A DNA stretch of 64,000 nt from an uncultured Candidatus Bathyarchaeia archaeon. Its GTDB lineage: Archaea > Thermoproteota > Bathyarchaeia > Hecatellales > Hecatellaceae. Under the pieces are notes generated by a model. That model ran no database searches. It saw only the letters and a list, made by a program, of their open reading frames with translations, and was not told the DNA's origin. Shown here piece after piece: positions 8,501-18,688 of this stretch. A program made the position numbers and the translations under genes. Each line of letters begins with the position of its first letter. The stretch's first letter is position 1. The DNA lies in NCBI GenBank assembly GCA_964484995.1, contig CAZAHF010000002.1, positions 169 to 64,168 on the forward strand. The letters are read 5' to 3'.

Positions 8501-9751
8501 TCATTTTTTAAGCCTCTTCATATAACCATACTTTCCAAACCTCAGAAGGAAAGACATGAATCTTACACCATCAAAATGAATACCGGATTTTTTAGCCTCT
8601 TTCTCACAAAAATGTTTTTCTGTATAGCTAGATTGGGATTGGCTATGTGTAGAACATATGGCAAAGGGTACAGGGTCACCTGTATGAGTTTTGATTTTAA
8701 CAGGAGTTGGATGGTCTGCAAGAACAGAGATTGTGTAATCCTCATCTTTTTTAAGGTTTTTAAGAATTCTTCCAATAAGTCTTTTATCTAAGTCTTCTAT
8801 AGTCTTAACTTTAAGCTTAAAATCACCAAGATGCCCAACTTCATCCGGAGCTTCAACATGAACCACAACTAAATCATGATTTTCAAGAGCTTTTAAGGCA
8901 TAATCAGCCTTCCCCTCATAGTTTGTGTCAATAAAACCTGTTACACCCGGAACTTCAATAATATCCATACCCAAAAAAATCCCTATACCCTTAACTATGT
9001 TAACAGCTGAAATTATTGCACCCTTAACTCTAAACCTTTTTTTAAGACTAGGAATTTTAGGTTTTTTTCCAAACCCCCAAAGCCAAATCATGTTTGCAGG
9101 TTTTTTTCCTTCAGCAACTCTTTTTAGGTTTACTGGATGATTTGAAAGAATTTTTTTGGATTCAAGTATAAGCCTATTAAGAAAGTTTGCTGTTTCTACA
9201 GCAGATTTTGAGGTGGGTTTAATTAGGATTTCAGAAATTTTTTTACCTACAGCGTCATGAGGTGGTGTGCATAAAATTTTTTCAGAGAATTTTTTTCCAT
9301 TTAAAACTAGGATATGTCTGTAGCTAACTCCCTTATAGAAGGAGATTTCCCCTTTTTTACCAAAACTTTTTTCTAAACTATCCACAAGCTTTTCTGCTTC
9401 TTCAGTTGATATATGACCAGCAGAATAGTCTGCAAGAAAACCGTTTTCTTCAGTGATAAGGTTACATCTAAAAGCTAGGTCTCCAGCTTTAAGCTTTACA
9501 CCCGTAGCCACAGCCTCAAGAGGACCTCTTCCAGTATGATATTTTTTAGGGTTATAGCCTAAAATTGATAAAATTGCTATATCTGAACCGGTATCCATAT
9601 TTTTAGGGATTGTTTGAAGAGTTCCACATAAACCTGCTGAAGCTATTTTATCCATGTTTGGATGGCAAGCTACTTCAAGCGGTGTTTTCCCATCAAACTC
9701 TTCAACAGGATAGTCTGCCATTCCATCTCCTATAATCAGAATATACTTCAA
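8501..9751 (-). CDS. apgM: 2,3-bisphosphoglycerate-independent phosphoglycerate mutase, archaeal type (ApgM)
   Basis: 416 aa; full-length similarity pattern of the archaeal iPGM family (N-terminal IIGDGMAD..., metal-binding ADHPTP region). Confidence 0.85.
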   Translation of the reverse strand: MKYILIIGDGMADYPVEEFDGKTPLEVACHPNMDKIASAGLCGTLQTIPKNMDTGSDIAILSILGYNPKKYHTGRGPLEAVATGVKLKAGDLAFRCNLITEENGFLADYSAGHISTEEAEKLVDSLEKSFGKKGEISFYKGVSYRHILVLNGKKFSEKILCTPPHDAVGKKISEILIKPTSKSAVETANFLNRLILESKKILSNHPVNLKRVAEGKKPANMIWLWGFGKKPKIPSLKKRFRVKGAIISAVNIVKGIGIFLGMDIIEVPGVTGFIDTNYEGKADYALKALENHDLVVVHVEAPDEVGHLGDFKLKVKTIEDLDKRLIGRILKNLKKDEDYTISVLADHPTPVKIKTHTGDPVPFAICSTHSQSQSSYTEKHFCEKEAKKSGIHFDGVRFMSFLLRFGKYGYMKRLKK

Positions 9752-9764
9752 GACTACTAACCTG

Positions 9765-10319
9765 CTAACCCTTATCTAAACTCTCAAGTTTAAGAATATC
9801 TTCTGGTTTTAGTTCTCTACTCATTAGTAAAGCATCCTCACCATCCAGGTAGTAGTGGGGAATTACTCTAATCTCTTTGTATCCAAGCTTTTTGTAAAGG
9901 GATATTGCACTTAAGTTGCTAACCCTAACCTCAAGATAGGTTTCATGACATTTATAATGTTGAACCATGTTTTTTAGTGTTGTAATCATTAAAGCTGAGC
10001 CAACCCCCCTTAATCTATGTTCAGGCATAACTGCAATTGAAACTATATGACCCTTTTTTGTTATTTTGAATCTATGAAAATCTGAGAAGCCTGTTTCAAC
10101 TCTAACCATTACATAACCAATAAGCCTATTCTCATGTTCAGCCACAATAAAAGTTTCAGGATAGCTTTTGTAAAGTTCAAGAAAGAAAAAGGGCGAATAG
10201 TTTTCAGGTAGACAAAGCCTGTTTATTTCAACTACTCTTAAAAGGTCTTCTTCTTTAAACTTTCTAATCTTGTAGTTTCCTTTAATAGTTAAAATTTCCT
10301 TCTCCATAACCTTGACCAA
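9765..10319 (-). CDS. GNAT family N-acetyltransferase (RimI/Ard1-like)
   Basis: 184 aa; acetyl-CoA binding motif VMPEHRLRGVGSALM; 13 nt downstream of apgM on the same strand. Confidence 0.8.
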   Translation of the reverse strand: MVKVMEKEILTIKGNYKIRKFKEEDLLRVVEINRLCLPENYSPFFFLELYKSYPETFIVAEHENRLIGYVMVRVETGFSDFHRFKITKKGHIVSIAVMPEHRLRGVGSALMITTLKNMVQHYKCHETYLEVRVSNLSAISLYKKLGYKEIRVIPHYYLDGEDALLMSRELKPEDILKLESLDKG

Positions 10320-10464
10320 TACTAACGTCTTAACAGCTAAACTTTTTACACTCTTAAGAAATATTTAACTGTTCTTTATAAAGAAAACCATTGTAGAGGA
10401 TTTGCCTTATAAAACTTAAACTTAACCTACTCATAAAACATAGTAGTGTCTTAAGTGATTAGTT

Positions 10465-11565
10465 TTGACTGTGGAAAGTCAAGATGGAGAAGCTCCTGGT
10501 TTTACTCTTAGCTTGGCTGAGATAAGAAGCCTAGTTGAATCTGAGTTTATTATTGAAGAGGCAAGAATGGAGTTTGGAGTTATAACTTTTTTTGTTAGGT
10601 TTATGGAGTTACCTAAAAAATCTTTTGAAAGACTTGTTAAAAAGATGAAGCCACATAATCTTATCCCCATGCTAAGAAAAAAAGATGAAAAAAGTATTGC
10701 TTTATATGTTGTTCCAAGACCTAAAGCTAAAGTTGGAAGAGTAAGAACAAGTCTTATCCTTTTTGTAGTGACAACCATAACCATATTTTTAAGCGGATAC
10801 TTTAACTCTATAGCTTGGGTAAGAATTTTTGGTGGGAATCCCTTTACTCATGCAGCCTACTTTACAGTGGCTCTTTTAGCAATTGTTGGGCTTCATGAAA
10901 TTGGACATAAGGTTGTTTGCTGGTTAAAAGGAACAGAAGCAACATTACCATACTTTATCCCAGGACCACCATTCCCCATAGGTTTTGGAACATTTGGTGC
11001 TGTAATTATGCAAAGGGAGCCTCCAGTAAACCGTGATGAACTTTTTGATCTTGGGTTTAGTGGGCCTGTGGTAAGTTTTATTGTGTCACTCGTTGTTGCT
11101 ATGATAGCCATAAACCTAATGCAACCAGTTGACCCTAAATTTTTAGAGGAAAAAGAAATTGCTGTTATGACTATTCCAGTTAATCTTGCCTGGGTTCTGC
11201 TTGCTCAATTTCTTAAACCTATTTCTGAAGGCCAATTAATGTTGATGCCTCCTATTGGTTGGGCTGCTTGGCTTGGTTTTGTAATTACTTTTCTAAACCT
11301 ATTACCAATTTGGCAGTTGGATGGGGGACATATTGCTTCAGCCTTATTTGGGCTGAGAGGACGTCAAATAGCATCTTTTATTGGGTTAATGGTTACCTTT
11401 ATTACTGGATTCTGGTTTTTTGGATTACTAATAATGTTTCTTTCTTTCCAAGCAAAGGTTGTAGAGCCTTTAGACAATGTTTCCTCTGTCTCTTTCGGCA
11501 GAAAAATTTTAGGAGTTTTAGCGTATGTGATGCTTATTTTTAGTGCTGTATTTCTTTGGTTTTAA
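10465..11565 (+). CDS. site-2 protease family (M50) membrane metalloprotease
   Basis: polytopic membrane protein with HEIGH (HExxH) in a TM helix and the LDGGH motif typical of S2P/M50 peptidases. Confidence 0.75.
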   Translation: MTVESQDGEAPGFTLSLAEIRSLVESEFIIEEARMEFGVITFFVRFMELPKKSFERLVKKMKPHNLIPMLRKKDEKSIALYVVPRPKAKVGRVRTSLILFVVTTITIFLSGYFNSIAWVRIFGGNPFTHAAYFTVALLAIVGLHEIGHKVVCWLKGTEATLPYFIPGPPFPIGFGTFGAVIMQREPPVNRDELFDLGFSGPVVSFIVSLVVAMIAINLMQPVDPKFLEEKEIAVMTIPVNLAWVLLAQFLKPISEGQLMLMPPIGWAAWLGFVITFLNLLPIWQLDGGHIASALFGLRGRQIASFIGLMVTFITGFWFFGLLIMFLSFQAKVVEPLDNVSSVSFGRKILGVLAYVMLIFSAVFLWF

Positions 11566-12823
11566 GAATAGGAAAAGTTTTCATTGTATGAGGTAAAACA
11601 ACAATTTTTGATTTTTTCCCCAGAACCCTTAAAGCATATTCAACAGCATCATCAACAGTTTTTGAAGATTTAAACCTTAAAACCTCAGAAACAACAACGT
11701 TTGGTAACGCTGAAACAATCACCACCCTAAAATTTTCTAGAACATTTAATAGTTGAAAGACTCTATGAAAAAAAAGGTTAAACTCTTTTTTTGCAGCGGT
11801 TTTAAGCTCATCAACATTCTTAATACTGGTTACCCATCTCTGAAAAATTTTATCTCCCAAACCTTGAGAACATTCCGCAACCAGAACAATAATACCGCCA
11901 TCTTTAACAAGCCATACCGCACGTTCAAGACTTTCTTGAGCATCATAGAAGGTTAAGTCAAATGGGTGTCCTCCTGGACTTACAACAGCAATCTCAACCT
12001 TATCTTCAACCTCAACACCAAAAGTAGACTTAAAGCTGTTTACTCCCTCCTCAAAAGCTTCTTCTAAATTCCCAGAGAAAACCTTTAAAACATTACCATC
12101 TAAGTCTACAATCATATCTATAGTATAATTAATCTTGGCTAAGTTTGCTATTTCAACCAAATCCTGGTGAACAGGATTTTCCTCTAAAACACCTAACCTT
12201 GATTTTGGGTTTAATGAAAGATTATAGTTCTGATGGATTGTTTTTAAACCACAAACAGAAAGAATTGTTTGTCTTCCTCCACTAAAACCAGCATAAGAAT
12301 GAAAATCAATCTTTCCAATCAAAATTTTAAAGTCAGCTTCAAAAAAATTCTTGTTTAAAAAAACTCTTGTTTTACGGCTAGTAACACCAACCTCAACCAA
12401 ATCTTCCTCTAAACTAGGATTATGAATCTTCCTTTGAAAACCCTCGGGGATTTTAGAGAAAAATTTTTCTGTTTCAGCTTGACCTATAGGTTTACCGTTC
12501 TCACAACCAACAACAACAGTAACATCAGAAGACGAAATACCCGCTTTCTCAAATTCTTTAGATAATTGGGTTAAAACGAAACCTACAAATTCTACATTCA
12601 TACTTTTATCAAAAGCTATAGCTACTTTTTCCCCAGGTTTTATTGTTTCACCTATTCTAGTAGTATTTAGAGGATTTTCCAGAGTCTTTCTTATTTCTTC
12701 TTCAAGGTTTACTGGTTGGGGTAATGGTTTAGGATTAACAATATCCAAAAGGTTTTCAGGTGAAACTGTTAAACAAACTTCGGTTTCTCCGTAGGGAAGC
12801 CAAACTTCAACCATAAACTTCAC
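11540..12823 (-). CDS. larA: LarA family protein (nickel-pincer-cofactor-dependent 2-hydroxyacid racemase/epimerase; lactate racemase homolog)
   Basis: 427 aa; N-terminal VEVWLPYGETEV... typical of the LarA/DUF2088 N-terminal domain; size matches LarA; substrate cannot be inferred. Confidence 0.7.
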   Translation of the reverse strand: MKFMVEVWLPYGETEVCLTVSPENLLDIVNPKPLPQPVNLEEEIRKTLENPLNTTRIGETIKPGEKVAIAFDKSMNVEFVGFVLTQLSKEFEKAGISSSDVTVVVGCENGKPIGQAETEKFFSKIPEGFQRKIHNPSLEEDLVEVGVTSRKTRVFLNKNFFEADFKILIGKIDFHSYAGFSGGRQTILSVCGLKTIHQNYNLSLNPKSRLGVLEENPVHQDLVEIANLAKINYTIDMIVDLDGNVLKVFSGNLEEAFEEGVNSFKSTFGVEVEDKVEIAVVSPGGHPFDLTFYDAQESLERAVWLVKDGGIIVLVAECSQGLGDKIFQRWVTSIKNVDELKTAAKKEFNLFFHRVFQLLNVLENFRVVIVSALPNVVVSEVLRFKSSKTVDDAVEYALRVLGKKSKIVVLPHTMKTFPILKTKEIQH

Positions 12824-12935
12824 TCCACCGCTAAATCTTACATTAGTCTTATTTTAACTCAAAAATCTAACTGTTACTATGAATAGAAAACCTAATGAAA
12901 GAAAAATCTAACTATAGTTTTAGGTAGCATCTAAG

Positions 12936-13547
12936 ATGGAGAGTAGAAGTTTAAAAAAGGAAATTTCTTTGGTTTTAGCTGAGTTAGGAGCAATAAAGTT
13001 TGGTAGGTTTAAGCTTACAAGCGGAAAAGAAAGCACCTACTATATAGACCTTAGAGTAATTCCAAGCTATCCAAATGTTTTTAGAAAAATAGTTGGAATT
13101 TATGTTGAAGAGTCAAAAAAGATAGGTTTAGATAAATTTAATGTTATTGCGGGAATACCAACCTCAGGACTTATCTATGCGTCAACTCTTGCCTACAACC
13201 TTCAAAAACCTTTTATTTACATCAGAAAAGAAGCAAAAAACTGGGGTGAAAAAAAGAAGATTGAAGGATTTCTAGAAAAAAACAAGAATGTTTTAATTGT
13301 AGATGACCTAGTAACTACAGGTAAATCTCTAGTTGAGGCTGTTAATTCTATCCAGGAAGAAGGGGGAATCGTTACTGATGTTTTGGTGTTTATAGATAGA
13401 GAGGAAGGGGGGAGAGAAAAACTTGAAAGTAAAAAAGTTAGGTTACATAGCTTTATTAGGATAAGAGAAATCCTAAAGTTTCTTGTTGAAGCTAAAAAAA
13501 TTAATCACGACCAGTATAACATGGTTCTTAAGCAGATTGGCTTATAG
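12936..13547 (+). CDS. pyrE: orotate phosphoribosyltransferase-like (PyrE family type I PRTase)
   Basis: GRFKLTSGKESTYYIDLR N-terminal motif and PRPP-binding loop VLIVDDLVTTGKS. Confidence 0.75.
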   Translation: MESRSLKKEISLVLAELGAIKFGRFKLTSGKESTYYIDLRVIPSYPNVFRKIVGIYVEESKKIGLDKFNVIAGIPTSGLIYASTLAYNLQKPFIYIRKEAKNWGEKKKIEGFLEKNKNVLIVDDLVTTGKSLVEAVNSIQEEGGIVTDVLVFIDREEGGREKLESKKVRLHSFIRIREILKFLVEAKKINHDQYNMVLKQIGL

Positions 13548-13570
13548 ACTTTAACATTTACATTTTTGGA

Positions 13571-14233
13571 TTGAAAACAATGTCCTGGTCTATAAGAAAA
13601 CTTAGGTCGGAAGAAAAACATATTCTTAGGAGAAAAGCTACTCATCTTACTGGCGTTTTTTATCTTATTGGAATATGGTTTTTTAGTTTACAGTATGGTT
13701 TTTATTCAGCTTCAATTTTGCTTGTAGCTCTAGTAATGTTTTCAATGAGTGTTTATGTAGTTTACAATTTTTTGAAATTTTTTGGTTTTGAGATAACTTT
13801 TTTTAGGAGAGTTTGGTGGAGGCTTGGAAGCCCTGAAGGCTTAGATAAAAAATATTATTGGGATGTTTGTTGGCTTGGCCTATTTCTAAGTGTAAGTATT
13901 TTACTGTCTACTTTGGTTAATGATGTTAGGATAGCCTATATAATGACATGTACAGTTATTCTAGGAGATGGTTTTGCAGGAATTATTGGAATACTATTTG
14001 GGAAACATAAAATATTTTATAATCCAAGAAAAACGGTTGAAGGTCATCTATCAGGTTTTGCTATTGCTTTTGTTTTTTCTTTTTTAACTACTCAAAGCTT
14101 TTTAATGTCTCTTATTGGTGTTGGAGTTGGAATGATTGTTGAAACTCTACCTATAAGAGTTTCAGATAACGCTACAGTTCCCTTTTCCACAACACTAGTT
14201 CTTATAGGTTTAAAAACACTTTTCGGGGTGTGA
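13571..14233 (+). CDS. membrane protein of the CTP-dependent polyprenol/dolichol kinase (CdsA/Sec59/DUF92-like) family
   Basis: 220 aa, multiple TM helices, GDGFAGIIGILFGKHKI motif resembling the cytidylyltransferase/polyprenol kinase signature. Confidence 0.4.
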   Translation: MKTMSWSIRKLRSEEKHILRRKATHLTGVFYLIGIWFFSLQYGFYSASILLVALVMFSMSVYVVYNFLKFFGFEITFFRRVWWRLGSPEGLDKKYYWDVCWLGLFLSVSILLSTLVNDVRIAYIMTCTVILGDGFAGIIGILFGKHKIFYNPRKTVEGHLSGFAIAFVFSFLTTQSFLMSLIGVGVGMIVETLPIRVSDNATVPFSTTLVLIGLKTLFGV

Positions 14234-14237
14234 AAGT

Positions 14238-14474
14238 ATGGTTGAAACTTTTAGCTGGATTTTAAAACTTGTTTTCTTAACCCTATTTTTAGTGTCAGAG
14301 GTTTTTTGTGGAATTACGTCTTTTTTATGGTTTTTAGAGGAAACATTATATTTTCAAGTATCATTCTTTCCAACACTAGAATCTCAAAATTTAAAAGTTA
14401 TAGCGTTATTAGTTGGACTGTTTTTTTCTGCTTTCTGCCTATTTTGTTTTACTCAGCTTGAAGAAAAAGAGTAA
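14238..14474 (+). CDS. small hypothetical membrane protein
   Basis: 78-aa hydrophobic ORF immediately downstream of the preceding gene; no homolog recognised. Confidence 0.25.
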   Translation: MVETFSWILKLVFLTLFLVSEVFCGITSFLWFLEETLYFQVSFFPTLESQNLKVIALLVGLFFSAFCLFCFTQLEEKE

Positions 14475-14559
14475 ACTTTCTTTCTGGGAAATTTTTAGTT
14501 ACCCTTTAAACCTAAAATAGTAAGATATATTATGGTCTATAGGTTTGGAGGGTTGACGG

Positions 14560-15918
14560 ATGGCAGGGGTTTTTAGAGCTTACGATGTTAGAGGGGTTTA
14601 TGGTAAAGATTTAACTCCTGACTTGGCTTTAAAGATTGGTATGGCTTTTGGAACATTTTTAGAGGAAGATTTTGAGGTTGTTGTTGGAGGAGACTCAAGG
14701 TTAACAAGTTCAGCCTTAAAGAGTTGTGTTATGGCTGGGTTGGCTTCAACAGGTTGTAACTGTTTTGATGTTGGGCTTATTCCAACACCAGTCCTATACT
14801 TTGCATCAATCCATTATGGTGAAAAAGGAGGTGTAATGGTTACAGCCTCCCATAATCCACCTCAATATAATGGATTTAAACTTTGTAAAGGCGGAATTTC
14901 CTACTCATATGAGACAGGAATAGGGGAAGTAGAAAAAATAGTTAACACAGGAAACTTTAGGTTTGTTGGATGGGAGAAAACCGGGAGAATCGATAAGAAA
15001 GAAGTGCTCTCAGACTATATAGACTATATTACAAAGAACAGGTTTTTAGAAAAAAAGTTAAGGGTTATTGTTGACGCTGGAAATGGGACATGTGGTTTTA
15101 CTGAAAAAGTTTTTAGGATTCTTGGATGTGAAGTTAAAGTTTTGTTTGGAGAACCTGATGGAAGATTCCCCAACCATATTCCTGATCCTTTAAAGGAGGA
15201 AACCCTTGAAACTCTACGTAAGAAGGTTGTTGAGGAAAAAGCAGACATTGGAATAGCTTTTGATGGAGATGGGGATAGGGTTGGTTTTGTAGATGAGAGA
15301 GGGCAGATTATAAGAGGAGACCAGGCGTTTATGCTTTTTGTTAAAGAGACCTTAAAACAGTATCCAAACTCAAAAATAATCTTTAACGTTTTAGGTTCAA
15401 AAGCCTTGTTTGAAGAAGTTAAGGCTTTAGGCGGTATTCCGATAATGACTAGGGTTGGACATTCCTATATCCATGAAGCACTACTAAAGGAGAATGCTGT
15501 TTTAGCTGGGGAGATTAGTGGCCACTACTATTTTGGAAAAGAATACTATGGGTTTGATGATGGGGTTTTTGCTGCTGTAAAAATGGTTGAGCTTTTAAGT
15601 AAAACAAACCTTAAACTTTCAGAGCTTATAGAAAAACTTCCAAAATATTATTCTTCACCAGAAATTCGTATTCCATGTCCAGATGAAAAAAAGTTTAGGG
15701 TTGTAGATGTTTTAAGAGAAAAGTTTGAGAAAGAAGGCTACAAGTTAATAACTATTGATGGTGTGAGAGTTGAGTTTGAAGATGGTTGGGGACTTGTAAG
15801 AGCATCAAATACAGAGCCAGCCTTAGTTTTAAGGTTTGAAGCACAAACTCAAAAAAGGTTGGAGGAAATTAAACAACATATTTTAAAGGAGACAAGAAAC
15901 ATTTTAGAAAGAATCTAA
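14560..15918 (+). CDS. phosphoglucosamine mutase/phosphomannomutase (alpha-D-phosphohexomutase family)
   Basis: active-site phosphoserine signature TASHNPPQYNGFK; metal-binding FDGDGDR; 452 aa. Confidence 0.9.
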   Translation: MAGVFRAYDVRGVYGKDLTPDLALKIGMAFGTFLEEDFEVVVGGDSRLTSSALKSCVMAGLASTGCNCFDVGLIPTPVLYFASIHYGEKGGVMVTASHNPPQYNGFKLCKGGISYSYETGIGEVEKIVNTGNFRFVGWEKTGRIDKKEVLSDYIDYITKNRFLEKKLRVIVDAGNGTCGFTEKVFRILGCEVKVLFGEPDGRFPNHIPDPLKEETLETLRKKVVEEKADIGIAFDGDGDRVGFVDERGQIIRGDQAFMLFVKETLKQYPNSKIIFNVLGSKALFEEVKALGGIPIMTRVGHSYIHEALLKENAVLAGEISGHYYFGKEYYGFDDGVFAAVKMVELLSKTNLKLSELIEKLPKYYSSPEIRIPCPDEKKFRVVDVLREKFEKEGYKLITIDGVRVEFEDGWGLVRASNTEPALVLRFEAQTQKRLEEIKQHILKETRNILERI

Positions 15919-15932
15919 ACCCTAGGGGATAG

Positions 15933-17327
15933 GTGAAAACAACTTCTATGAACGATTTACTTGAGGCTGTTTTATTTGGAGAAAAAATTGGTGCCGACTA
16001 TGTTGAGTTAAGAAGTGAAGAAAGCTTTAGAACTCTAATCACAACAAAGGATGGAAGAGTAGAAATTATAAGAGAAGGTTTTGAGTCTGGTGCTAGTATT
16101 AGAGTTTTAACCCAGGGTGCTTGGGGTTTTGTTTCAACATCAAAAACAGATAAACAGTCTGTTTTTAAGGCTGTTGAGGATGCGTATAGGTTAGCTTTAG
16201 CGTCAAGTCGAAAGATAAAAGAAAAGATTAAGCTTGCAGAGGTTAAACCATTAAAGGATAAAGCTATAGCTAAACCTAAAAAAGACCCTAGAAACATTTC
16301 TGTAGAACAAAAAACCGAGGATATTTTAAGTATTGATAAAACAATTTTTAGGTTAAGTCCTCAAACAAAAAGCTGCACCATCGACTATTTAGATTTTCTT
16401 GAAAAAGAATTTTATGTTAATAATGAGGGAGCAAAAATAGAACAGCAAAAAACCTATGTTTGGTTTAGGGTTTACGCTACAGCAAGCGAAGCAGAAGTTT
16501 TTGCTTCGGCAAGCGAAGAATTCGGTTCAACTTCTGGCTACGACATTTTTGATAAGAAAACCCCTGAAGAGATTGGTAAAGAAGTTTCTAAAAGACTAAG
16601 TGAACAGTTAAAAGCTAAAACACCAAAAGGAGGGATTTTTCCAGCTGTTTTAGGTTCAAATGTTGTTGGAGTTTTTGTTCATGAAGCTTTTGGACATTTA
16701 GCTGAAGCTGACCTTACCTTATCTGGCTCCGTAATTTTAGATAAATTAGGGAAAAAAGTTGCTTCTAGTATTGTAACAATTTTTGATGATGGAACTATTA
16801 AAGGTGCTTTTGGATCCTTTAAGTATGATGATGAGGGGGTTAAAACTCAGAAAACTCTACTTGTTAAGGATGGAGTTGTTGTTGGACTTATGCATAATAG
16901 GGAAACCGCAGCAAGGTTTAACACTCAACCAACTGGAAATGCTAGAGCTGAGAACTTTAGACATACACCAATAATTAGGATGAGAAACACCTATCTTCAA
17001 CCAAAAGACCATAGCTTTGAGGAGCTACTTGAACCAATAAAGTTTGGATATTATCTGAAAACTTTTAGAGGTGGTCAGGCAAACCTTGATGGAACCTTTC
17101 ATGTTGGTGTTCAGGAAGCCTATGAGATAGTTAAAGGGGAAATAGGTAAACCAGTAAGAAACCTGTCTATTAGCGGAAACACTCTTGAAACTTTAATGAA
17201 AGTTGAGGCTGTAGGAAAAGATTTTAGATTATGGCCTGGACGTTGTGGTAAGGGTCAAATCGCGTTTGTTTGTGATGGAGGCCCTCCTATCCGTGTAGGA
17301 GAGATTCAGGTTGGGGGAAGAGGCTAG
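15933..17327 (+). CDS. tldD: TldD family metalloprotease
   Basis: 464 aa; HEAFGH (HExxxH) motif; overlaps the pmbA partner gene. Confidence 0.85.
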   Translation: MKTTSMNDLLEAVLFGEKIGADYVELRSEESFRTLITTKDGRVEIIREGFESGASIRVLTQGAWGFVSTSKTDKQSVFKAVEDAYRLALASSRKIKEKIKLAEVKPLKDKAIAKPKKDPRNISVEQKTEDILSIDKTIFRLSPQTKSCTIDYLDFLEKEFYVNNEGAKIEQQKTYVWFRVYATASEAEVFASASEEFGSTSGYDIFDKKTPEEIGKEVSKRLSEQLKAKTPKGGIFPAVLGSNVVGVFVHEAFGHLAEADLTLSGSVILDKLGKKVASSIVTIFDDGTIKGAFGSFKYDDEGVKTQKTLLVKDGVVVGLMHNRETAARFNTQPTGNARAENFRHTPIIRMRNTYLQPKDHSFEELLEPIKFGYYLKTFRGGQANLDGTFHVGVQEAYEIVKGEIGKPVRNLSISGNTLETLMKVEAVGKDFRLWPGRCGKGQIAFVCDGGPPIRVGEIQVGGRG

Positions 17328-18681
17328 TTTAAATTTGCTTGAGCTTGGAGAAAAAGTTGTTAAAGCTGGTTTAAGGCTTGGTGTAGAAGAGATTGAAGTT
17401 TATCTTAGCAGAACCTCAACTATAGAGGTTGAAGTTGAACGTAACCAGATTGTTAAAGGTGTTAAGTTTACCGATGAAGGTTTTGGTGTTAGAGTTGTCT
17501 ATAACCATTCAATAGGTTTTTCTTACACAAACCGTACAAATAAAGAAAAACTTGAAGATGTTATAGTTAAAGCTATTAATGCAGCTAAAGCTGGAAAACC
17601 AGATAAAAATTGGAAAGGTTTTCCTCAACCTTCAAAAATCCCAGAAACAAAAAACACCTACGATAAAAAGATAGCTGAACTTTCTTTAGAGGAAGTTGTA
17701 GAATTAACCTCAACAATGCTTAACTCAGCCTTAGAATTTGATAAAAGAGTTTTAGCCTTTGAAGGTTTAACTGTTGCTGGAGAATCTTTAAAAGCACTTG
17801 TAAACTCAAATGGAATAAACTATGTGGATAAAGGGACAGGAATAGAGTGTTTTTTAAGTACGATTGCAAAAGATGATGGAGAAACAACACCTGTATGTTT
17901 TGAATTTGAACATGAAAGGATTTATAGGATAAACCCTGAAAAAGTTGGGGTTGAAGCAGCAAAACAAGCAGTCTCATCTTTAGGTGCAAAATCCATTAAA
18001 ACAGGAACATATGAAGTTATTTTTGGTCAACATGCTCTTGCAAGCCTACTTCATCACACTTTGGTTGGAGCTTTAAAAGCAGATAATGTCCAAAGAGGAA
18101 AATCTAAGTTAAAAGATAAGCTTAACCAAAAAATAGCCTCAGAAAAATTAACCATAGTAGATGATGGATTGTTTAATGGTGGATTAAACACATGGAAGTT
18201 TGATGATGAAGGAACCATAAGCCAAAAAACTGTTTTGGTTGAGAAAGGAGTACTAAAAAATTTTCTGTATGACAAGTATACGGCTGACAAGGATTCTGTT
18301 GAAAGTACAGGAAATGCTCAAAGAATTTCTGTACCCCCGTATACCTCAACACCTTACATAGAACCAACAAACTTTGTAATTTTACCAGGAAAACATTCAC
18401 AAGAAGAATTGTTTACAGAGGTTAGTAAGGGGATATATGTCTCTCACCTTCAAGGAGCCCATAGTAGTAATCCTGAAAGCGGTGAATTTTCCGTTATAGC
18501 TACACCGGCATGGATGATAGAAAAAGGGGAGCTAACTTACCCTTTAAAGGGTGTTATGTTAGCAGGCATTATCTATGACTTTTTGAAGGATATAACCGGA
18601 ATTGCAAACAGCCTTAGAAAAGTAGGTTTTTTGGTTGCTCCATTGGTTAGAGTGGCTAATGTCAGGGTTGTTGGCAGATAA
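17311..18681 (+). CDS. pmbA: PmbA/TldE family protein (TldD partner)
   Basis: 456 aa TldD/PmbA-fold protein lacking the HExxxH motif; translationally coupled to tldD (17-nt overlap, TTG start). Confidence 0.8.
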   Translation: MGEEASLNLLELGEKVVKAGLRLGVEEIEVYLSRTSTIEVEVERNQIVKGVKFTDEGFGVRVVYNHSIGFSYTNRTNKEKLEDVIVKAINAAKAGKPDKNWKGFPQPSKIPETKNTYDKKIAELSLEEVVELTSTMLNSALEFDKRVLAFEGLTVAGESLKALVNSNGINYVDKGTGIECFLSTIAKDDGETTPVCFEFEHERIYRINPEKVGVEAAKQAVSSLGAKSIKTGTYEVIFGQHALASLLHHTLVGALKADNVQRGKSKLKDKLNQKIASEKLTIVDDGLFNGGLNTWKFDDEGTISQKTVLVEKGVLKNFLYDKYTADKDSVESTGNAQRISVPPYTSTPYIEPTNFVILPGKHSQEELFTEVSKGIYVSHLQGAHSSNPESGEFSVIATPAWMIEKGELTYPLKGVMLAGIIYDFLKDITGIANSLRKVGFLVAPLVRVANVRVVGR

Positions 18682-18688
18682 AACTTTT

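Noticed and set aside
8307-8791. ORFs 8307-8504(-) and 8471-8791(+) around the rpoK/apgM convergent junction
   Set aside because: The + ORF is antisense inside apgM. The minus ORF is a hydrophobic low-complexity read-through of the terminator region with no start context. Both are probably spurious.
10372-10385. Perfect 14-bp palindrome TTCTTTATAAAGAA between the GNAT gene and the M50 protease gene
   Set aside because: It is a TATA-box sequence, and TATA boxes are intrinsically near-palindromic. It is most simply a bidirectional core promoter rather than a regulator site.
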